Below, one piece after another: positions 48,358 through 57,392 of a stretch of DNA of 64,000 bases; positions within the stretch are counted from its first letter, which is position 1; each line of letters begins with the position of its first letter. Source of the stretch: a virus. Taxonomy: Duplodnaviria > Caudoviricetes. The notes beneath the pieces are model-generated. The model ran no database searches, had not been told where the DNA came from, and worked only from the letters and a program-made list of their open reading frames with translations. Location of the stretch: the IMG/VR virus record IMGVR_UViG_3300021091_000011; one strand, written 5' to 3'. A program made the position numbers and the translations under genes.

Positions 48358-48372
48358 GTATAGGCAGATTAA
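48358..48372 (-). promoter_or_regulatory. Putative late promoter
   Basis: Minus strand TTAATCTGCCTATAC, intergenic. Confidence 0.6.
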
Positions 48373-48481
48373 AAACCTAGCACATTCGCGCCTATTGTGG
48401 TTATATACCCCCTAGATACGCCACCGACACCGTCTAACCGACCCGTCCGGCGTCCCTCTCTACCTCACTACATCGGAGCCC

Positions 48482-49642
48482 ATGCTCACCATGAAGATTC
48501 GTCATCAGCGTTTTGTCGCCGTTCTTTCACACGTCATCGCCGCCAAGCCGACCACCGACGTTGGGGCTTGGGATTCGATCTCCGCATCGATCAAGCGTGT
48601 TTCGTTGGAGCCTGCGCCGTTGGGCGTCCACGAAAACGTAGTACGCCGTGACGTGATTACCGCCTTTGGCTACAAGGGCCAAGCCGACTTGGTGTTCGAC
48701 ACGCTGCGCGCGATTGCCGACGGCAACGCCGACGTTTTTGCGTCGCGCCTCGCCTGCGTCGAAGTCGTGTCCGCGCTCAACGTGATGCTCCTGCGCCCGC
48801 AAGCCGAAACGACGCGGGCGTGGATCAACAAAGCCCTTAGTAAAGGGCTGCATCAACGCCTCTGCGATATGCTGGCCCGCTGCTTCCCCAATGAGGATAG
48901 AAGCGAACTCGCCAGCATGACCAACGCCTGCATCGCGGCGTGGTGCAAAAAGGACAGTCTCAAGTCGCTGCTCGACAAGCACGGCGATATTCCCGACAAC
49001 GTCCTCTTGGGCTTTATCAAAAAACGCATGGCGAACGAGTTTCGTAAGCGCGGCGTCGATGCCCACACGCGGACGACGCACCATGCGCGCACCGAAACCG
49101 AGCGTCGTAAGAACGACCTGCTTGGCGTCGCCTCCGCAGAGAACACGGCTAAAGTTGTCTACAAGACCGAAACCGATAAAGATAACGACATCGTCGATCA
49201 AAGCGCGGGTGCAGAAGAATTGCTCTGCACGGTCGACTTAGCAGAATCGGGTTCGATCATCCTCGAAGCCCTTTCGCCCAACGGCGGCATTCGGCGTAGT
49301 CAGATTCTCCGTTCGGTCCTAAACGGCGCAAGCCGACAAGACTTGATGCGCGAATTCGGGCTGGCAGAAAACCGCGTGAATCACCTGACGACAGAAATCA
49401 AGTCGTTCCTGCGCGAGTCCGACGTCCTGATCGACCATGCGCTCAAGATTGTCTCCGCGCTCAAAGACGAGCCGTGGTCGAGCACCGACGAGATTAGCGA
49501 CGACGTGGGGCTGACCAAGAAGCAAGTCCGTGCCGCCTTGCACTATATGGTCCGTAAACGGCTCGTCGTGGCGTCCAAGGACAAGTCCTGCTACAACCTC
49601 ACGCCCGCAGGCTACCACGCCGAAATCAACCTCTACGCTTGA
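48482..49642 (+). CDS. Sigma-factor-like protein with extra C-terminal winged HTH
   Basis: GFIKKRMANEFRKRG (region 2-like), RSQILRSVLNGASRQDLMREFGLAENRVNHL (region 4-like HTH) and STDEISDDVGLTKKQVRAALHYMVRKRLV...YNLTPAG (wHTH). Confidence 0.6.
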   Translation: MLTMKIRHQRFVAVLSHVIAAKPTTDVGAWDSISASIKRVSLEPAPLGVHENVVRRDVITAFGYKGQADLVFDTLRAIADGNADVFASRLACVEVVSALNVMLLRPQAETTRAWINKALSKGLHQRLCDMLARCFPNEDRSELASMTNACIAAWCKKDSLKSLLDKHGDIPDNVLLGFIKKRMANEFRKRGVDAHTRTTHHARTETERRKNDLLGVASAENTAKVVYKTETDKDNDIVDQSAGAEELLCTVDLAESGSIILEALSPNGGIRRSQILRSVLNGASRQDLMREFGLAENRVNHLTTEIKSFLRESDVLIDHALKIVSALKDEPWSSTDEISDDVGLTKKQVRAALHYMVRKRLVVASKDKSCYNLTPAGYHAEINLYA

Positions 49643-49995
49643 CCCATCGGCTTCTTTTCCCACCAACCGTCTAAAGGGTCTGACGATGGAACAATCTCGT
49701 CGTCGTCCATGACGGTCAAACCAATCACAACGACGCCCATAATCGAATCAGGGTCGTAAACCTCAACGGCATCCAACAAGTCGCCGCCGCAGGTAAGCCT
49801 GACGCGAACCGTTCTGACCCTTATCTCACGGATGCTTAAGGTCGACAAAATCTCACCAGCACGCTCCAAGGCGTCCTCGGGATTAGCCATCAAACCAACC
49901 TGATGAATCAAGTTCGGTGAACCGTCTCGCACTTGACGGTTCACCACCATCCAAACAGGATAACTCGCGTCGCTAGGCACTCGAACAACTCCCAC
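49633..49995 (-). CDS. Hypothetical protein
   Basis: 120-aa ORF convergent with 48482-49642. Confidence 0.5.
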   Translation of the reverse strand: MGVVRVPSDASYPVWMVVNRQVRDGSPNLIHQVGLMANPEDALERAGEILSTLSIREIRVRTVRVRLTCGGDLLDAVEVYDPDSIMGVVVIGLTVMDDDEIVPSSDPLDGWWEKKPMGQA

Positions 49996-49999
49996 TCAA

Positions 50000-50950
50000 A
50001 AAAAGACAAGCACCACAAGATTTGGTGGGCAACCTCTTTACAAGCCACCCACCACTCACTATAACGCTTGACGGTCGCTCGCTTACCCCCATTACGCTTA
50101 TATAAGCAGAATAGGGTTAAGAAGATTCCCTAGAGCCTTGGAAGGCCGCTGAAGAATGTCCGGTTCTTCATGCCGACCCCAAGAGGAGTAGGGACGAGGG
50201 AAACCTCGGTGGCAAGGAACTCCACAAGCGACCTCGGTTCTCTGAACGCTCACAGAAATCGACCAAATGGAACTTACAAGGTTCTTCGCCCTCGTTTGAT
50301 TTTTCAAGCAAGGTGAAAGGGACTTGGGTGGTGAGGGATTAACTTTCCCACTACTAGGGTCTACTACTTGGATGCAGACTTCTAACCTAGCCTCGTGACC
50401 GGACAAGTCGATGAGGGTTACAAACTAGATACGAAGTCTGAGGGTTTCAAGTAGTCCGAAAACAAGGCTATCGTTAGGGGTAGCAGAGCAATCTTCGTTC
50501 ATTCACAATATCTACTTACCCTTGAACACTCTAAACTATTTCCAGAACATATCTAAACACCTTCAGATATGATGAAATAGATGTTAGTAGAGGTAATAAG
50601 TAGATATAGTAAGAACAGATTGTTCATAATAAGAGCAAAGAAGAATAAAGCGAAAACGACAACAACAACGACAACAACAAATCAAGAGAGTAAGACTCAG
50701 ACAACGGCTGCTAGTAAGAAGAAGAGTAAAGAGGATAAGGCTAAGAAGATGATGACGAATCATCCGATTGGTACAGAGGTTGATTGTCTAGAAGTTGATT
50801 GTCTAGAGGTTGATCTGGATTGTCCAAGTAGATCTAGGTTGATCTAGGTTACTCAAGTGAATCTAGGTTGATCTAGGTTACTCAAGAGAGAACAGGTTAT
50901 ATGCCTATCGAACAAGGTATAGGTCACGTTACCTACCTTGAGAGAATCGA
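50000..50950. other. AT-rich non-coding region, candidate replication origin
   Basis: About 950 bp with no credible ORF, purine-rich plus strand at 50570-50760, ACA/AAG microrepeats and iteron-like repeats; near the coding-strand switch. Confidence 0.5.
50775..50886. repeat. Iteron-like direct repeats
   Basis: AGA(G/A)GTTGATTGTCT x2 plus a partial third copy (50775-50818); ATCTAGGTTGATCTAGGTTACTCAAG x2 (50832-50857, 50861-50886). Confidence 0.85.
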
Positions 50951-51457
50951 ATGGGCAGAGGAATCTATCGGAGTGGGTTAGGAAGCATACTTACTCCTGA
51001 ACAACTTGCTCAAAACTTCGCTTTACCTGTTTATCGAATCGTAACAGGTTCAGCAAAGGTTACGTTCCCGAATGCGAACGCATCTAATCCTTCATCTTAT
51101 GTGCTGATTCAGAGTTCCGGTCCAAGTCAGTATAGTTACTCTTGGATTGCAAACCTCCCGTTGACGTTGAATTGGATTCAATGGGAGAACGTGATTGTTC
51201 CTGTTTTGCTTGACGCCCGAGTATCTTCTTGGGTTGGCGTCTTAAGGCGAAACGGTAAGCCTGTTTACTTGTCGAACACCGTTGTAGCCCCTAATGGGGT
51301 AACAGCCGTAACGACGAGTGGATTGCCTCTGACTCAGGGTACGTTGATTGGGTCAAGTTCGATTACCGACGAACAAGTAAGCCGTTTACTTGGGGACGCG
51401 GAATATATCAGCCTCATCGCAGACCTGATTCGACTTCAGGCTGAAGGGGGCGGTTAA
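50951..51457 (+). CDS. Hypothetical protein
   Basis: 168-aa ORF; AT-richer codon use than the bulk of the window. Confidence 0.6.
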   Translation: MGRGIYRSGLGSILTPEQLAQNFALPVYRIVTGSAKVTFPNANASNPSSYVLIQSSGPSQYSYSWIANLPLTLNWIQWENVIVPVLLDARVSSWVGVLRRNGKPVYLSNTVVAPNGVTAVTTSGLPLTQGTLIGSSSITDEQVSRLLGDAEYISLIADLIRLQAEGGG

Positions 51458-51483
51458 ACCTTGCTTCGGGTAAAACCCTTTCT

Positions 51484-51663
51484 ATGAACGTCATCAAGAA
51501 CGATAATCAAGTTGGTCGTCAAGTTTGGGTTAGTTGCCGAGCGACGCCTTCTTGTATGGGCAGGCAAGCTGAAATCAAAATGCGATTCAATCTCCCTTCG
51601 GGCGGGATTGCGATTCGTTATCGTTGCTTGACCTGCAATAAGTCGTTTCACATTACGATCTGA
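51484..51663 (+). CDS. Small zinc-ribbon protein
   Basis: My translation: MNVIKNDNQVGRQVWVSCRATPSCMGRQAEIKMRFNLPSGGIAIRYRCLTCNKSFHITI (59 aa); abuts the holB ATG. Confidence 0.7.
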   Translation: MNVIKNDNQVGRQVWVSCRATPSCMGRQAEIKMRFNLPSGGIAIRYRCLTCNKSFHITI

Positions 51664-52266
51664 ATGGGCACGCCGATTTTGTTTCACGGTCCTTCGGGAC
51701 GTGATCGTGCGGTCGCTTGGTCCTTTGACTCAGGCCGACCCATTTCGGAACCACTTGGCGACAACGGTCTCAAGGTTGACGACTCGCGTTTGATCGTCGG
51801 TCTAAGCAATCAGGCGGGCGTCGGTGACCGTCCTCCTACATTGGTCATCGGCCCGATTGATCGGGCTACGGTCGAGGCGTCTGACGCTTTGCTTAAGACG
51901 TTAGAGGATTTGGCCGAGGGTCCTTTGCGCGTCGTGCTGTGGGCTGATTTCTTGGTCAGCGTTTCGCCAACCATTCGTTCACGCACGCAGGCCATTTGGT
52001 GTGCGGGCGTGGCCCGCATCCCCAAGGCGACGCGGCAAGCCGCAGAGTCGGTTATTCAGGCGCACCGTGAGAACAAAGCAATCGTGTCCAAGACTCACGC
52101 GGCGTTAGAAGAACAAGACCCCGAGATTTTGCTCGACGCGATCATAGGCGCGTTAGACGTGAACGACGCAAACGACTTAGCCCTATGGGAACGCTTGCGC
52201 CCCATGCTCGGTTCACGTTGGGTGACGGCTAAGACGGCCTTTATCGACGCCGTGGTGCCGACGTGA
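51664..52266 (+). CDS. holB: DNA polymerase III delta-prime-like subunit
   Basis: Degenerate P-loop HGPSGRD, plus IGPIDRATVEASDALLKTLED and SPTIRSR. Confidence 0.85.
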   Translation: MGTPILFHGPSGRDRAVAWSFDSGRPISEPLGDNGLKVDDSRLIVGLSNQAGVGDRPPTLVIGPIDRATVEASDALLKTLEDLAEGPLRVVLWADFLVSVSPTIRSRTQAIWCAGVARIPKATRQAAESVIQAHRENKAIVSKTHAALEEQDPEILLDAIIGALDVNDANDLALWERLRPMLGSRWVTAKTAFIDAVVPT

Positions 52267-53192
52267 AGAAACTTCATTCGATCATGGTCTTGGCAGGCTC
52301 CGAGGATTTCCTGCGCGACCGCGAAAAGCAACGAATGATTCAAGCCGCTTGGTCCAACGGCTATCAGGTCATTCACGCCTCCGATCAAAACCAAGTAGAC
52401 GACGAGATTTCGCAAGTCGGCGTCATTGCGATTGACCCCTTGCTCATCGTCGCTCAAGGCTGGAAGCCTGACTTTAGCGACGACGTGCCGGACAACGTGA
52501 GTTATCTGGTCGTCTTGGACGGTGACAAACTGCCCGACTTGCCGAAGACCGCCAAGACTTCGGTTTATATGCGTGGGGCTACCCGCCGTGACCGCAAACA
52601 GGCTGCGGAGAAGTTTTGCACGTTGGAGGCCAAACGTCATGGGCTGACGATTGCGAGCGGCTTGGAAGAAGCCATCGTGAATCTGACGGGCGACGATTTA
52701 GGCGTCGTCGCGTGGGAGATTTTCAAGGTCGCTGCGTTGGCGCGTGCAAAGTCCACCGTGCAAATCACGAGCGAGTTAATCTCGCAGACGATTCGCATGG
52801 CGGTCACCACGCCTGATTTATCAGCCTTGGTCGAATCGCTCGGCAATCGTGATGGGAAAACTCTTGCACGCACGCTCGCGCGCTTTGGTCACGGTGACGA
52901 TCCGACCATGTTGCTTCTAAGGGCCAAAGGCGGTCCCGTGGACGCGATTTTGACGTGGTTGCGAATCTGCGACGCTTCGCAACAAGACGCCGATTATCTG
53001 GCGAACGTGCTTGGTGTTCATGCGTGGCAATTGAAGAACCGTGATTTGCCAGCGGTCAAAAGATGGGGCAAAGAGCGGTTACGCGGGCTATTGAAAGCGT
53101 TAGCAGAAATCGAACGCGCGATTGTCGAAGGCCGCTGCCCAAATCCTTGGCTTGCTTGTCAGTCCGTGTTTCTAAACGCCGTGAGGGTATAA
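52263..53192 (+). CDS. holA: DNA polymerase III delta-like subunit
   Basis: VLAGSEDFLRD, LTGDDLGVVAWEIFKV and a C-terminal LRGLLKALAEIERAI helix; coupled to holB. Confidence 0.78.
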   Translation: MKKLHSIMVLAGSEDFLRDREKQRMIQAAWSNGYQVIHASDQNQVDDEISQVGVIAIDPLLIVAQGWKPDFSDDVPDNVSYLVVLDGDKLPDLPKTAKTSVYMRGATRRDRKQAAEKFCTLEAKRHGLTIASGLEEAIVNLTGDDLGVVAWEIFKVAALARAKSTVQITSELISQTIRMAVTTPDLSALVESLGNRDGKTLARTLARFGHGDDPTMLLLRAKGGPVDAILTWLRICDASQQDADYLANVLGVHAWQLKNRDLPAVKRWGKERLRGLLKALAEIERAIVEGRCPNPWLACQSVFLNAVRV

Positions 53193-53196
53193 GACC

Positions 53197-53640
53197 ATGC
53201 CGCCGACGCAATACAAGCCGAGCATCCTGCACAATCTCAGGGGCGAGCCTGACCAACTGCTGATTATCCAATGGGCGGGCGCGATCTTTTTGACCATCGC
53301 AATCGCGTGGAACGCAACTGTAGACGCCTATCTCGGTCACGATCTGGTTGTTGAGCCACAAAGCAACGAGGTAGTTTTCAAGCCCACTCGGTTCAAACAG
53401 ATTGCCCCCGACACGCTTTTGTTTTTGGTAGCCATGGCGGGTGGTGCGGGTGGCTTGTATAACTGGCGAAGGGCACAAGACCGCAAACACGAGATTGAAA
53501 AAATCAGGGTTGCACCTGCGGCTGTCACGCCGCCGCTTTCGCAATCGTCGGGTTCCTATGGGGTGCGGCAACGCGCTCGGGATTTGAGGCCGACTGAACC
53601 GATTGACGTCATGCCAGGTGATCCCGATGCCAATATCTGA
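53197..53640 (+). CDS. Membrane protein with two TM segments (holin-like candidate)
   Basis: Hydrophobic LLIIQWAGAIFLTIAIAW and TLLFLVAMAGGAGGLY segments, followed by a charged tail. Confidence 0.5.
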   Translation: MPPTQYKPSILHNLRGEPDQLLIIQWAGAIFLTIAIAWNATVDAYLGHDLVVEPQSNEVVFKPTRFKQIAPDTLLFLVAMAGGAGGLYNWRRAQDRKHEIEKIRVAPAAVTPPLSQSSGSYGVRQRARDLRPTEPIDVMPGDPDANI

Positions 53641-53980
53641 CGGCGGTGACGCCAATCGGTTCGACACGGTTAACCTGTTGGTCGAAATCAAGTTACGCAT
53701 TTCGGACGGCGCAATCTGGACTTCGCACAGGCCCGCTACGCCGGGCGATGCGAGCCGACTTGAGCAATGGCCTTCGGGCGGTCTGGTGCAAACCGCCCAC
53801 GCGCTGCTCATTGAAGCCCTGCGACGTGAAGCCTACACGATGGCAATCACGAAATTGTCGCAAGGGCATGAAAAGATAACGCCGAAAGAACTACAAAATG
53901 CGTTGACCGTGGTGGTTCAACGGTTCGTAGATCAGTTTAGCCAAGGCGCTGTTCAAGACGCCTTGAGCAAAATCAATTAG
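53627..53980 (+). CDS. Hypothetical protein
   Basis: ATG at 53627 overlaps the upstream gene end. Confidence 0.6.
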   Translation: MPISDGGDANRFDTVNLLVEIKLRISDGAIWTSHRPATPGDASRLEQWPSGGLVQTAHALLIEALRREAYTMAITKLSQGHEKITPKELQNALTVVVQRFVDQFSQGAVQDALSKIN

Positions 53981-54542
53981 CGGATCGCCATTGGTTCTGG
54001 TGCTCGCGTGAGCAAAAGAACACGCCGAGTTTGTTTCCGGCGATTTCAGACGGCTTACGCTTCAAAGGCGTACTGCAAATCGCGCAAGAAACGCCGCTCG
54101 TCGTGAGCGGCTTTGGCCTTACCGCGTGCTGTTCTTGATGCTCGCGTGAGCAAAAGAACACGCCCGTCTTACTCTTCGCCACGTCCGAAGGCTTGCGGTA
54201 AAGGTCCACACCGCAAACGCCGCAGTTTACGAGCGACGCACCGCGTCTCTTTTCAGACGAGGTTTCCACAACCTCGACCTCAATTGTCGGCTCGGGGATC
54301 GGCGCGGGTCGTGCCGTAGCCTTTATCTCCGCGAGATCCGCATACGCTCGCTCGATTGCGAGTTTGTGCGATTCCGCGTCAGGCACACTTGTCACTAAAC
54401 GCATAGGCGTATCCGGCCTTTTCTCTGGCCTCGTCGAACGGCAACCTGCATACCAACACGCAGGGCTATTTGCGGGCAGACGAACCGTAGACAAGTGATT
54501 CAAGCAAACCCACGTTTGCTCGTTGAGCCATTTCGCTTTCAA
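53973..54542 (-). CDS. Protein with two CxxC...CSREH zinc-binding repeats
   Basis: CGVCGVDLYRKPSDVAKSKTGVFFCSREHQ and CAICSTPLKRKPSEIAGNKLGVFFCSREHQ. Confidence 0.75.
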   Translation of the reverse strand: MKAKWLNEQTWVCLNHLSTVRLPANSPACWYAGCRSTRPEKRPDTPMRLVTSVPDAESHKLAIERAYADLAEIKATARPAPIPEPTIEVEVVETSSEKRRGASLVNCGVCGVDLYRKPSDVAKSKTGVFFCSREHQEQHAVRPKPLTTSGVSCAICSTPLKRKPSEIAGNKLGVFFCSREHQNQWRSAN

Positions 54543-54592
54543 CGCAAAAACCCCGTCGAGATACAGTCGTTTGACTGTACCCTAACAGGGTT

Positions 54593-56788
54593 TCACGCCG
54601 CCTTAAAGGACTTGGCGACACCTTCGATCTTCTTGGCGCGGCTCGGGAACATCACGCCCTCAAGATACGAGGCAAGCATCGCGGGCAGGTTTTCAACCTG
54701 CGGGACCGAAAGGTGCTCGGGGAACATTTGCCCGACCGAAGCACCCGCGTAACCCAAGCCGATGCCGACGATCTTGATTTGCGCGTTTGCAGACACGCGA
54801 ATCTGATTGCGGACCACTTCAGGGTTATCAGGCACACCGTCGGTAATCGTCAGCACGATCCGGTGACGCTCGCTGCGCTTATTCAACTCTTGGAGCGCGT
54901 ACTGAATACCGTCTTCGAGCGGCGTACCACCCGACGCCGTGATGCTCGGGAAGCGGGGCAGAGCCGTCACCATCGACTCGTTCCAATCCTTGAATACGTC
55001 GATTTTGATCGGCTGGTGACGATGGCATCCCACAGCCTCATCGTAATAAGCGCCGCTACCGTTTCGCGGGCCAATAGCGAGCACCGGACAACCGAGGGAA
55101 GAAAGCGCGTCGGCAATCGCCACCGCACCCTTGACCGTATCCTTGCGAAGCCCGTTCATCGAACCGGACTCGTCGATTACGAGCGCAACCGCGAGGCTAC
55201 AATCGTTCTTCTTGTCCTTCTGGTAATCGGGGCGCGTCGGGTCCATGCCCATCGAAATCTCGACAATCGAATCGACCATGCGACGCTCGCTCAGGTCCAC
55301 GCCCTTTCGGACACCGTGCGTGTAAGACGGCGTTCGCGCGGCCAAAAACTTGTTGCGGAGTCGCGCACGCAGCGCCGCAATCTCCTTGCGGACGCTATCA
55401 CGAATATTGGAACCCGATTTGCCTTCACGCACCGGAGCGAAAGCGACCTTATCCTCTTCGGGGCAAGGGGACCGCCACGGCCTCTCGCCTTTCGCAAGGT
55501 CGTTATTGAACGCAGCCGTAATCGCCTGCTCAAGTGCCTGCGCCACGTCTTTCACGTCCATCGTGGCGTCATGCGCGATGGCCTCAATCAATGCCGAGGC
55601 AAGTTCACGGACCTGATCGTCGGTGAGAACCGTGTGACCGTTTGCACCCTGCTCGCCGTCATTCGACTCGCCGTCGTCCCCGTCCTGATCGTCGTCCTGA
55701 TCGTCGTCCTGATCGCCGTCGTCCTGATCGTCGTCGTCCTGATCGCCGTCGTCCCCATCCTTCGGCTCAGGCTTATCGCTACCGCTACCGTTGCCATCCT
55801 TCGGCTCAGGCTTACCGCTACCGCTACCGTTGCCATCCTTCGGCTCAGGCTTACCGTTCTGCTCGCCCTTCGGCTCAGACTTACCGCCGCCTTCGGCGTC
55901 GTTCTCGTCCTGCCCGCCTTGCCCGCCCTCGCCCTCATTCTCGCCCTCTTGCGGCTTATCCTGCTCCGAAGCAAGGTCGCGGAGAAGCAAGGCGATGTCC
56001 ATCGCCATCCAAATCGCTTCCATATCAGCCGATTCGGGCAGGTTGATTGCCTTGTCGAGCATCGGACGCAACGGCCCATTCACGAAAGCGACCGCTTCGG
56101 GGCAAACCTGCTCGTAAAAAGCGAGCGCGGACCGCTGGCGCGGCGTGCCGTAGCCAAGCCCAAGGTCCCGAAAAACACAACCGATCATCGTCAAAAGCAA
56201 GTTCTCGGGCATCTGCTTCTCGAAGCCCTCTTGCTCCATCTTCAAGATCAAGTCTTGCAGGGCTTCCATCTTGGGCAACGCACCGGGAAACCGCGCGCAA
56301 CCCAATCGCTCAATGCGGATATCCTCGATGATGTTCGACCAACCCATCATCACCGAATGCTGGCTCTTCCAAAAGGCCATATCAGCCTTGCTCCATCGCT
56401 CGTTCAGCGGAGCCTCGATCTCTTCGCGCTTCAACGTCGTGCGCCGCGAGTATCGAGTGTGCCACGCCTCGTGGTACGCACCGCCGACGAGCGCGAGCGC
56501 CGTGCCCGCAGGCAAATCGTCCGGCGTCGCCGCGATCACGATATGCGGCGTAAAGTTCACGTCCGCGTTCGCCGTGTTCAGCAGACTGCTAATCTGCCAC
56601 GACTTTCCGGCATAGTAGGACATCGCCGTGAAAAGCGCACGGCCCGTCCAACGGTCGCGGTTCATAAACCCCGAACCGTAGGATCGGACCGGACGCCGCA
56701 CGTTCAGGTCGTGCAGCATACCGTCAACCGATTGCTGATGCGTCGCGCGCCACTTCGCGCCTGAAAGGGCCTTGAGCATGGTCGTCAC
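54593..56788 (-). CDS. CobT-like VWA-domain protein with N-terminal HExxH and acidic linker
   Basis: AYHEAWH, NIIEDIRIE, MIDAS motif IDESGSM, GGTPLEDG and ITDGVP. Confidence 0.85.
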   Translation of the reverse strand: MTTMLKALSGAKWRATHQQSVDGMLHDLNVRRPVRSYGSGFMNRDRWTGRALFTAMSYYAGKSWQISSLLNTANADVNFTPHIVIAATPDDLPAGTALALVGGAYHEAWHTRYSRRTTLKREEIEAPLNERWSKADMAFWKSQHSVMMGWSNIIEDIRIERLGCARFPGALPKMEALQDLILKMEQEGFEKQMPENLLLTMIGCVFRDLGLGYGTPRQRSALAFYEQVCPEAVAFVNGPLRPMLDKAINLPESADMEAIWMAMDIALLLRDLASEQDKPQEGENEGEGGQGGQDENDAEGGGKSEPKGEQNGKPEPKDGNGSGSGKPEPKDGNGSGSDKPEPKDGDDGDQDDDDQDDGDQDDDQDDDQDGDDGESNDGEQGANGHTVLTDDQVRELASALIEAIAHDATMDVKDVAQALEQAITAAFNNDLAKGERPWRSPCPEEDKVAFAPVREGKSGSNIRDSVRKEIAALRARLRNKFLAARTPSYTHGVRKGVDLSERRMVDSIVEISMGMDPTRPDYQKDKKNDCSLAVALVIDESGSMNGLRKDTVKGAVAIADALSSLGCPVLAIGPRNGSGAYYDEAVGCHRHQPIKIDVFKDWNESMVTALPRFPSITASGGTPLEDGIQYALQELNKRSERHRIVLTITDGVPDNPEVVRNQIRVSANAQIKIVGIGLGYAGASVGQMFPEHLSVPQVENLPAMLASYLEGVMFPSRAKKIEGVAKSFKAA
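55671..55857. repeat. Coding tandem repeats in the VWA protein linker
   Basis: 39-bp unit CATCCTTCGGCTCAGGCTTA(C/T)CGCTACCGCTACCGTTGC x2.6 (55756-55857), plus 12-15-bp units encoding DDDQD. Confidence 0.9.
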
Positions 56789-56805
56789 TCCTTAGTAAAG
56801 ATTGT

Positions 56806-56857
56806 GCCTACACCATCCAAACGGTCGGGCAGCGCAGGAAAAACCGAAAATCGACTC
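56806..56857 (-). promoter_or_regulatory. Conserved early-type motif before the VWA gene
   Basis: Minus strand GAGTCGATTTTCGGTTTTT...ACCGTTTGGATGGTGTAGGC. Confidence 0.7.
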
Positions 56858-57128
56858 AAAAACCGAGCCGCTTCAAATCGGCGTTCATGTGACGCCCAAG
56901 CACCTGCGACTCGGCTGATAGATAGGTCTTGCCGTTCACGTCCGTCTTGACAACGGCGTTCGTCAGGACCTTGCCCGCCTTAATCCCACGCGCAAGCCGA
57001 TTCGCCAACGCGCGCTTCGTGTGCGGCAACGTCCAGCCATAGACGTCGCTACGGTCAACCAGCCCCTCGGGAGCCGTTACGCTCACCTGAAGCAATCCGT
57101 AGCCTTCTGTAATCGTCACGTCAAACAT
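56856..57128 (-). CDS. Small hypothetical protein
   Basis: GGAG RBS before MFDVTITEG; downstream of the early-type motif. Confidence 0.7.
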   Translation of the reverse strand: MFDVTITEGYGLLQVSVTAPEGLVDRSDVYGWTLPHTKRALANRLARGIKAGKVLTNAVVKTDVNGKTYLSAESQVLGRHMNADLKRLGF

Positions 57129-57149
57129 CGCTTGCTCCATATTGATTGC

Positions 57150-57367
57150 GCTTACACCATCCAAACGGTCAGGCACCGCCCGAAAAACCGAAAATCGACA
57201 TTCGCTTTTTCGGTTTTTTCAGGACTCGCCAACCGTTTAGATCACCCACTATGTAAAAATCAGGCCCATGTGCGCGCACAACGGTTGATTGCCTCGCAGA
57301 AAACCGAAAATCGACATTCACTTTTTCGGTTTTCTGCGTTCGGGATAACCGTTTGGATGGTGTAAGC
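57150..57367. promoter_or_regulatory. Divergent pair of conserved early-type motifs with two palindromic cores
   Basis: Full leftward copy at 57150-57199 and full rightward copy at 57322-57367. Each sits back-to-back with a partial copy, forming AAAACCGAAAA-TCGACATTC(A/G)C-TTTTTCGGTTTT. Confidence 0.72.
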
Positions 57368-57392
57368 ACAACACAACAAGGGAGTGACGAAC

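Noticed and set aside
50581-50847. 88-aa ORF with poly-Thr and VDCLE repeats
   Set aside because: It is a translation of DNA microsatellites and iteron-like repeats; no RBS and atypical composition.
50775-50886. Possible CRISPR array
   Set aside because: The repeats are 15-26 bp and abut or are 3 nt apart, with no unique spacers. The Cas4-like nuclease at 30562 lies in a recombination cluster with no other cas genes.
54713-56764. 683-aa plus-strand ORF antisense to the VWA gene
   Set aside because: Same shadow-ORF effect; its apparent repeats just mirror the sense-strand linker repeats.
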